Shown: positions 53,681-64,000 of the stretch, in pieces | Position numbering within the stretch: position 1 is the first letter of the stretch | Layout of the letters: each line of letters opens with the position of its first letter | From: the human T2T-CHM13v2.0 reference genome, Homo sapiens | Assembly: GCF_009914755.1 (NCBI RefSeq) | Contig: NC_060926.1 | Reading direction: 5' to 3' (one strand) | DNA length: 64,000 bases | The notes under the pieces: model-generated | What the model was told of the DNA's origin: nothing | Seen by the model: only the letters and a program-made list of their open reading frames with translations | Databases searched by the model: none | Made by a program: the position numbers and the translations under genes

Positions 53681-54669
53681 TTATATAGTAATTGTATCAC
53701 GAAAATGAGAACCATAATTTACAACTGCTTTTAATACTGCACTTGGATGTTTGAAATCACGTACATGGAAATGATCAGTATGTGTATGAGGGAAGATAGC
53801 AAATTGATGCCAAAATAACGCAAATGCAAATCTTACACTCATTTCTATGTAGGTTTCATTTAATCTTTGAAATTAAAATGAAATTAAAGGATTATGATAT
53901 TTTGATGAAATTAGACTAAAATGAACAATAACAAAATAAGAACTTACATATATTCCTTATATGGTCAATAATGAAGTGATAGTGGAAAAAAACAAGGTCA
54001 AATGAAGGTGATGATTTAGGAAGTTGGAAAGATAGCTTAAAATACAAAATGGTGTATAACTAGTGAACACTTAGACACACTGATTGATGAACTTCAGCTT
54101 TTGGCTTGATGAGAGCATAAAATGAGAGCAGCTGAGGTTTGCAAATTTGTAATCTGCTTGTGGAAAAACAGGGGAAAACACATCTCAGCCTAATAAGATT
54201 TATCTACTAAAGAGTCAAGAATTGATCCATTTGTCCTTGTAATTCAAAAGCTAATTCAAATACTGATTTGATGTATTGTGTGAACAATCATTGCTGATTA
54301 TCATCGCATACCTGGCATTCTCTTTTATCTGATATCTAAAATATTTGGTAATTCCTGGACTTTCTCTTTTCAAACCCAGTATGGATTAATTTCAATCTTA
54401 GAACAGTTGTCTTTGAGAAATTCTTCCCTCTACTGCATCTGTGAATGGGCATAGCATGGTTACCTACATACTGTCGCCCCAGAGAACATTTGTTGAATTA
54501 AAGCCAAAGTTTAAAGCAACAGCTTTAACTCACTGGTTTTACTAATGTTTTCCTCCCCATTAGCCACAACAATATTGATACCCTCACACCCTTTAACATA
54601 AAGCTTGGTGTTGTCTATTTTTCACGTGCTGTCATCTATATGATCTCAGTATTTTAAAAATCAGCTTCC

Positions 54670-54980
<311 letters not shown>

Positions 54981-56379
54981 TCAGCTCTCATTGATTTCTA
55001 CATAAATGTGAACAGGTGATGTCCATATAGACATAAATAATAATATATCTGACAATGGTCCATATGATCTTCAAAATGTAAAATGCCTATCTGTGTAATT
55101 GACTGGTTAGTCTCATTAATGAATATAGATTCAATTCTACTTTCTTGTTCTAGATAAATTATATAATCTAGCTTTTCCTTTCACTCATTTACTGATAACA
55201 ACAGGAAGAATGACAAGATATCTATTTTGGAAAATTACTCTGGTAGGAGTAAAGATGAAACAATGATAGAATTGCATGGAAAACTAGAAAAAAGTATGGT
55301 CTTCTGATATTATATCACATCATATAATAAAGCCCTCATACAACTCAGATATTTTATCTAAAAATGTTATTTTCATCTTAGGAATGATCACAGCATGAGA
55401 CTAGAATTGTATTACAATGACTCTCACAAGCACATGTGCTAAAAAGGAGAGGAAAACATCATTACTGATATTTTAAACATATGTTTTACTTTCCATCAAC
55501 GTGAACCTCAACTTGATATGATGCAGATTGAAGGAAATCACCCATAATTCCATATGAAGAAGGCCTGTGATATTTTATGGGAAAATAAATAGAGAAAATG
55601 CTAACAGAAACCCTATTAAGCATTAAGCTTTATGGAGCAAAGACAAATCCAGTGGTGAAAGATACACACTCGAGTTCTGTTTGTTGTCTTGGAACAATAC
55701 GGTTTAGAGGTGACTGGTGGGTGAGGAGAACATATGCGAGTTCACCAAACAGAAAAGCTGAATGAGGCAATGCCTCTTTCTGACCATATCTCTTACTCAG
55801 ATAACTATATAATTTATTGTCCAGTAAAGGGTATATTTAAAAATCATATTAAAAGTCATGCAATGAAGTTGTCCAGGGAAATCAAGACTTAAGAGTCTCA
55901 CTCTGACAATAATGAATGGGGGGGGTTCCCTCAAGAAAGACTAGGACATGACTCCACACTGGCAGGTAGTAGTACCAGAAAAGAACCCATGGAAAATCTT
56001 TACCTTATGCTTGAGGTAGGGACCAGGCTAAAGTGAAAGCCAGACATAAAATTCAATCTAAAATATATCCAAAATTGAAGAAAATATGTGTTGTACAGGC
56101 ATAGAATGTCTTTCCTGGATCATTGAAATAGTAAGATAAATTCAATTTTTTACATTGTTTTATTTTCCTCCAGTTAGGGCTTGAGGTTTGTCTCTGGAGA
56201 GAGACTGTCAATTGGAGCCCTGCCTTTCTGGGGTTCTGGGCAGGGGGTTGTGGATGCTTAACATGTGCCTTTCACAGGACACTTCCTTACCCCAGCAGTG
56301 GCCAGGTGTGCATCCCACGAGCAGGCCTCCCTCTCACAGAAAATCTGTTGAGACTAGGAGATGCCTGGTGGCTGTTGCG

Positions 56380-57275
56380 TGACCTGTGTCCTGTGTATTT
56401 CTGACAAGAGCCACTCTCAGAGACCCTGGCCAGGAGGAGAGTTAGGTTCCAGTGTAGGTCAGCTCAGACACATGGAGGCCACAGGACCAAACATGGGAAA
56501 TCACAGAAGTAGTTTTATTACTCACAGATCCAGAGAGAAGAGGGTAGCTGAGAAGAGGGTTTAGCTGTGTCCCCAGCCAAATCTCATCTTGAATTCCCAC
56601 ATGTTGTGGGAGGGAACAGGTGGGAGGAAATTGAATCATGGGGACAGGTCTTTCCCATGCTGTTCTTCTGATAGTGAATAAGTCTCACAAGATCTGATGG
56701 TTTTATAAAGGGGAGTTTCCCTGCACAAGCTCTCTTGTCTTGTCTGCTGCCACGTGAGACCTGCCTTTCACCTTCCACCATGATTGTGAGGCCTACCCAG
56801 CCATGTGGAACTGTGCACCTATTAAACCTCTTTCTTCTGGAAATCACCCAGTCTTGGGCATGTATTTACCGGCAGTGTGAAAATGGACTAATACAGTAGC
56901 ACACCTCATAGGGCTGAACAAAATGAGGAAGATAAGTGGGGAGCAAGAGAGAAAAAAGTGGTCTGTGGGACTCCAGCCTTTATTGAGCCCAGAACATTAC
57001 CCAAATAAGTTTTCCACGGGGCTCTGGTCAGTGGGGTGAGAGCCAGTAGGCACATTTCTTGGCTGCAGCTGCAACTGAGCAGGTCACTCTGGCGTGTGGG
57101 GGCTGTCCATGTGGGCTGTGAGGTCTGTGGGGTGAGTCAGGTAGGTTGTATCCAACAGTTCCACAACGGCTAGTCACCAGGAGGAGGCAGCTGTGTAGGG
57201 TCAATATCTGGGCCAGCCACACTGAGGAACTGTGAGGGTTAGAACTGGAAATCATCAAGGGAATCTGAACCCAGC
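56380..57275 (-). mobile_element. Older ERVL-type LTR (MER54/MER73/LTR53-like) split by THE1
   Basis: TTTATTACTCACAGATCC and CAGCCTTTATTG antisense LTR motifs flank the THE1; family assignment weak. Confidence 0.4.
56549..56895 (+). mobile_element. THE1-family solo LTR
   Basis: GCTGTGTCCCCA.CCAAATCTCATCTTGAATTCCCAC...AAATGGACTAATACA; 5-bp TSD GTAGC (56544-56548, 56896-56900). Confidence 0.92.
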
Positions 57276-59213
57276 TACCATATGAGAGAGTTCAACTTAC
57301 GTTCAATGTGAATGCCATGGCAATATTAAAAGGTAAGAATTCGCTCCATACGTGTTTGAGGTAAATAGGAGAAACCTAGAATTTATGTAAACAGTGAGAA
57401 GATTGGATGCGTTTTCCGTCACATATTTTAATACTAGCAGCATATTATATATGTCAATCCATCAGGCATTCAGAAGTACTTGCTTATGAAAACTTTTTGC
57501 ACCATCAGACAAAAGACAAGGGTAGAAGACATTTTTAACCCTACAAACACTAGTAAATTAAAAACAGAAGGACCTTTATGTCCTAATATGTCTATGTTGT
57601 GAAAGGCTGCCCTGTGAAATACAGGATTTCTTAAACATATTTTAAAAATCATAGCTGTCAATATTTTTTAGAAATCCATTTAAATTTTCTCTTGCTTTTT
57701 TACAATTCCTATTTATTTATTTAGTGGTTCTGTTGATTTTGATGTATAGCCTAAACTTTATATTTCTTTAAAGTATGTTTTATACAACTTTATGTAAAAT
57801 GTTTGAGTATCTTCACGTTCTCACCCTGTCCTTTTGTTTTGCTCTTATATGGTGGCCTTGAGTCTTTTCTCTGGCTTTTCAAACCTAGTAAGACTAAGAC
57901 ACCAAAGTAACTTTGCCCGTGGTTTCGTAATGCCTTCTAAAGCACATCCTAAGCTCTCGTGCATACAGGGGTCTCCTTTGAGCTCTATGCTTTTGAGATC
58001 CCATATACCTAAATTCCAGTACTCCAAATCAGTACTGCTCAGTTTTAGTTACTAAGTTTAAAAATGTATTTTAATAACAAGTTAGTTTAGTTCACTCTTG
58101 CTTCTTTCTTTACTGCTGGTATACATGTATATTCCTTTAAATAAATCTTGGAATTTATTTAAAAATTTTAAATTATACTAATGAAACTGTATATTGTTGT
58201 GGATTCATAGGTGAATTTGGAAAGAATTTGTCTTTGTGATACTAAATCCTTTTTATCCAAGAATCATATGTGCCTTTATATTTATTCCAGTCTATATTTA
58301 TATCACTGAGTAAATATATAGAAATGTAGATACATACAGCTGTAGCTATAGATAGATACAAATATAGATATAACATGTTAAATCTATATCTATCCCATAT
58401 AACATATATGCATGTTATATGTGTGTGTATATATATATATGTTTGTGTTATTAAAGAGCTCCCTTAAAATTTTTCTTTTATTTCCTATATAATTTTAGGT
58501 TGAGCTTGAATTTTCTTTGTACAAACAAGCAAATATTTATACTAGTTTTAATACTGAGGTTTAGACATTCTATCTTATATTAGCATTGAATATTTTCACA
58601 ATTATAAATATTATCTAATATTAATAATGTAACTTAAAAATATTTAAAATTTTACCTTTGAATTATTTTATTGTTGAATTTAAATTCCTTTAAGTATGAC
58701 AGTAAATTTCTATTTTATGCTTTCTCTATGCATATGAAATTAATCTATTCACTTCTCTACCTTTATGTAGTAACATATGAAAATCAGGCCTCTGTTCTTC
58801 TAATGGACATACACATGTTTGCATATAGAATATCAGACTCTTTATAGTATTTAAAATCTTTAAAGACGTGAATATGACCTTTTAACAAATATATTTTAGC
58901 GTGTACTGAGAATCCCCTATTTATTTTTTATTTGGGCTAATCAATATGATTATTAATATTATTGGATTACCAAATTTGGAATCACACTTTCATCCCCAAG
59001 GTGGATATTTGTTTTATTTTTTTGCCAATTTCTTGTCTTACTGTTTCAAATACTGTTGGATATTATTTTTATTTTATTTGGCATTTTAGTATCAATATTT
59101 GTAAGTGATGTACTCTACATATTTTTTCTTCAATATCTGGTGGGTTTTATAATTACTGCTATATTGGATTTGTAGTAGACATTGAGAAAAATTATTCCTG
59201 CATGTTTTATAGC

Positions 59214-59765
59214 TGTATGAAGGAAACTAATATATTTTACCCCAAAATATATTTCCTTGATATATTTCAAAATGGCTATTGAGAAGGGCTGGAAATGCAA
59301 ACATAGCTGCAAAGCTGTCTTGGGGAGATTTGCATCAGTAGAGAATCTGCCTTGATGCAGCCAGGCTTTCTCTGAGATCTGTTCCCTTGTCTGGATCTAG
59401 GAAAGATTAACTGAGGGTCTGAGGTCTGCAAAGGTCTGAAAGAAACATTTTCTGTCTATTATCTCTGAGGACTGCTCCCAGTGAGGTTTCACCTACGTAA
59501 TAAGTCCACTGTTGCTAGCCAGGGTCCTTTTCTCACATAACTTTTTTTTTTTTCCTCTGTGATCCAAGACCCCATTCTTTCTGTAAACTTCATGTGGTAG
59601 TTAAACTTCTGCACCCATCGTGTGTCTGGGTCTTCATTCTAAGGGCTCCAGTGTACACACATTGCAGAAACCTGTATGCCTTTTCTACTATTTATCTGCC
59701 TCCTGTTAGTGATTTTCAGGGAAACTTCAGAAGGCAAAAGGGACATTCTCCTTTAGCCCATACTC
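59214..59765 (+). mobile_element. MER39/MER34-group ERV1 LTR
   Basis: AAGGAAACTAATATATTTTACCCCAAAATATATTTCCTTGATATATTTC start, TTAGTGATTTTCAG.GAAACTTCAGAAGGC end motif. Confidence 0.65.
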
Positions 59766-60084
59766 AGACAAAATCCCCCAACATTTAACTGATTCCTAAT
59801 AGCTTAAAATCACTTTGAAAACTCCACATATTTATAACTTTTCTTCCCTCTATGATTTCTGTTCAGCTTGGGTTTTGTTTTTTATTCCATTTACTTCATC
59901 CTCGAAAGACCTATTTTATGTCTATTTATTCTCATTTATTGACATTGAGAAAAGAAAATAACTTTCATGTGAGAAACGCAAGTCCTTTTAAATAATCAGG
60001 CCCAGAGAGATATTCAGATGAGACAGCAGTTCTGTTCTGCTCCTCTTTGAGCTGTGTGTTCATCTAGGCTGCCGCTGTTGCCAC

Positions 60085-60397
60085 AGTAGCTATAAATTAA
60101 CCAATAACGCCACACCAGACACTATAATCCACACCCAATAATAGTGTAACAGTGTATAGCCAGTCACTAATAAATGTTATTTCCATAAGCCAATGAGAAT
60201 TTGTGACAAACCTCTTTGCATCATCCCACTTCTTGTCCCTTTTTTGCCTTTAAGAAACTGCTTGTTGCAAAGCTCCAAAGGGAGTTCATATCCAAGGATA
60301 CTTGGGTCTGTTCCTTCCAGGCAGCTGTCCTCATTGTGGCTCAAGTAAACTCTTTGAATTACGTTTTGTGCTTCAGCCCCTTCCACTTAGATTAACA
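60085..60397 (+). mobile_element. ERV1-type LTR fragment (MER4 group)
   Basis: AGCCAATGAGAA CCAAT box, CTTTAAGAA, GGCTCAAGTAAACTCTTT poly(A)-region motif, TTAACA end. Confidence 0.55.
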
Positions 60398-60509
60398 ACA
60401 TGGATTTGTGTCACCATGTACAGCAATTAAAATGTTTACACTTTTCCCCTCGAGGGCACTGATGTGTTTTCCTGAGCACTTGGAATAGCTACTTAGTGTT
60501 TACTTTCTA

Positions 60510-60703
60510 GAATATGGTTTCTCAACCTTGGTGCTACTTACCTTTAGGACCAGAGGATTCTTTGTTGTGGGAGGCTGCCCTAGCAATGCTAGGTGTTTCG
60601 TTTGACCTCTAAATTTCACACCTCCACCAGTCTTGACATCCCCACAATAACCCTAGACATTGACAAATGTCTCCTGGGGAAAACTCCACCAGTTGACAGC
60701 CAA
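60510..60703 (+). mobile_element. MER20-like hAT DNA transposon
   Basis: GGTTTCTCAACCTTGG, ATTCTTTGTTGTGGGAGGCTG.CCT, AGACATTG.CAAATGTC.CCTGGGG motifs. Confidence 0.8.
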
Positions 60704-61547
60704 AGTTCTTGAAATATTGGAATCGTCAATTGAGTTTTTATGTTATCCAAAACAAATATTTTTCTTTGTTTTTAAACATCTACTTCCATCTACTTATCTA
60801 CTTATTTTTACTTTTATTTATAACTTAATTCCATCAAGGAGAGAGAGTGCATTTTGTGTTATGCTAAATTTTTGAAGAATGTATTGATTTTTTATGGCCT
60901 GATATATGGATGATATGTAGATATTACATGTTTGTATTATCAAATTTCAGGGTGATAATAAAATAAATACTTATAATATTTATATTGTCACTGTATATTA
61001 GTTATTTCTTTCTTCACTACAGGAGTTTTTCAACCTATAGGCTATTTTTCAATTCTAGGTTATCCAGTAGATTTTGAAATGTTATGATTAAATATCTACT
61101 TCTCAAGCATTCATCTTTGCAAAGGAATCAATCCCAAGCTCTTATAATGCACATCATATAAAGGGCAGATTAGTCAATATATGGTTCAGAAATAATTATG
61201 TAATATTTATAAGAAAATTAAAAATTTAGATCCTTAACTCAGATAACAATAATCCAAATTAAAATTTGATTTAATTACATAATTTAAAATGACACCAGAA
61301 TACTAGTAAAAATGTAGATAAGTTTATATAATCCTTTTTAGCTGTAGAACTTTATTAGCATAAATTCAAATACAGGAACCAAAGTAAGATTGAGACCTAT
61401 AGTCAAAGGTTAAAATGTACACATTATAGGGGCATGATTAAACTAATTTAAAGCATAGTAACATGGAGAAATATTGCAAAACATACATTTTACTGAATTA
61501 ATTGTTAATATCTAATCATTACATGAGAACAAAGGTAAAGAGTAGCT

Positions 61548-61574
61548 ACACACACACACACACACACACACACA
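61548..61574. repeat. (CA)n microsatellite
   Basis: Perfect dinucleotide run. Confidence 0.97.
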
Positions 61575-61683
61575 AGTGCAATATTTTCAGTAAACGTGAT
61601 GTTCAGCTACACTACAAATCACACCTATGTTTTCTCCACAGAAAAGTAAAGATTAAAAATCACAATAATATTTATTGTACATA

Positions 61684-62610
<927 letters not shown>

Positions 62611-64000
62611 TAAACTTTCCTATAGAGAAAAGACATATATGTGACAAATAATATTTAGAGTGTAAGACGCTTTTTAAAGGTATATTTGCAATTTGTGTCA
62701 AAACATTTAAATATACATTTGTTACTTTATAAAATTTCAAATAATTTAAGCTAAATACATAGTATATGCAGAAAATTTAGCAATATTTGTATGTAGCACC
62801 TTACTGTGCATTACTGTAACCAGCTGTCTAATATAAAGAACTAATTAAGGTAGTACCTACTTTTCAAATATCGCATTTTTTCACAGACCTATTAAATAAG
62901 ACAAATAACATTTAAACTTTATTTTTAAATTTGCAGAATAGTATTTTTCAGCAGATGGTTTATTTTAGCAAATTCCATCTTCACATTGTGCTATGCTTTT
63001 ATGAGTTCCAGCTGTTAACGGATAATATTTTACTGCTGAATCTATCATGTGTGATATAATTGCTCATTATGTGCCTTAAAACACAAGCGATATGGTTATT
63101 TTCAACTTGGAGCAAATTAAAATCTTATCAGCAATTTAAAAAGTCTAGAGTCGTCTTCTTCTGGTTAATTTTTTTAAACTTGTATTTTTCTCTTTATGTT
63201 TTTAGTGAGTTGTCTTATCAAGGAGAAGAACTCAAGCTGATTATTCTTTTTTTTTCTCTTCCATCCACCTCGCTGGTGTGTGAATAATTTCATTTCTCAG
63301 AAAATGTTCTTTCATATCCATCTTACAAGATGAGAGACCTTTTAACATCTTCCATTCGGATGTGATACCAGTAATGGAAAATATTCCAGCTTCATGAATA
63401 TGGTGATACAAATAGTTATCCGTCTAACCTCTGTCAGTGCCAAATGTTTACTTTACTCAGTGAATTACTCAGCTGACTGGTAATTTCTTCTGAAATCACT
63501 AATGAGAGGATCAGAGGTCTGGCTGTTGTCTGTACCTCGTATGACTCCCAGTGCAGACAATTGTTTCTATGGAGCACAGACAGTTGAATGGATTGACTTC
63601 CTGCCTAGAATAGTTTCTGCTGTGCTTCTTATCCTTCTTATGGAGATTTCAGATTATCTGAATTGCTTTTCTATCTTAAGAAAAAACTCAACAATTCTCC
63701 CACCTGAGAGGAAAGTAAACTTTAGTAAGTTAGCAGAAGCAATCCGTAAAGTTTTTACATTGTTTGTTGTAAAATGCAGCGTTGGTGTCTCCATCACTAA
63801 CCTTTTCTATCCCTCATTGCTGTTTCTTTGACTGCAATAGGATACCTCTAGGCAAATCTGTATTCCCGAGACAGAGTGCCCTTTCCGTTAGCTATAAGTA
63901 CACTCAATGGTAGGCTGAAATGATAGTTTTTATCTATGGTGAAATGGAATCATATCAGTGATTTTTTTAAAGGAATTTTAACTCTTGCTATGGTTTGAAT

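Noticed and set aside
58362-58420. Small AT-rich palindromes (ATATAGATATAACATGTTAAATCTATAT; also TCTATCTAGATAGA at 17909-17922)
   Set aside because: Short and embedded in (TA)/(GATA)-rich low-complexity sequence where such symmetry is expected by chance.

Overview
Primate (human/great-ape-like) AT-rich genomic DNA with the architecture of a pericentromeric segmental-duplication mosaic. There is no intact protein-coding gene. The only recognisable gene-derived sequence is a minus-strand, unprocessed copy of KSR1 exon 1 (41484-41714, KSR1P1-like) with its splice donor and, by inference, a few kb of intron 1. It is wedged between a 1.7-kb (CATTT)n satellite-like array (37026-38695) and a GC-rich CAAAAAG-type array (41865-42429). 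A second CAAAAAG array (13319-13968) joins two duplicated segments in a circularly permuted order relative to their copies at 42.4-53.0 kb. A near-perfect 120-bp-arm palindrome with a telomere-like TAGGGTTAG apex lies at 29574-29822. The rest is interspersed repeats (Alu, L1, L2, THE1/MLT1/MER21/MER39-like LTRs, Tigger, MER20, MER30) and microsatellites. Apart from the KSR1-derived ORF, the supplied ORFs look like repeat, low-complexity or chance artefacts. Repeat subfamily names and the KSR1 comparison are from memory of consensus sequences and were not computed.
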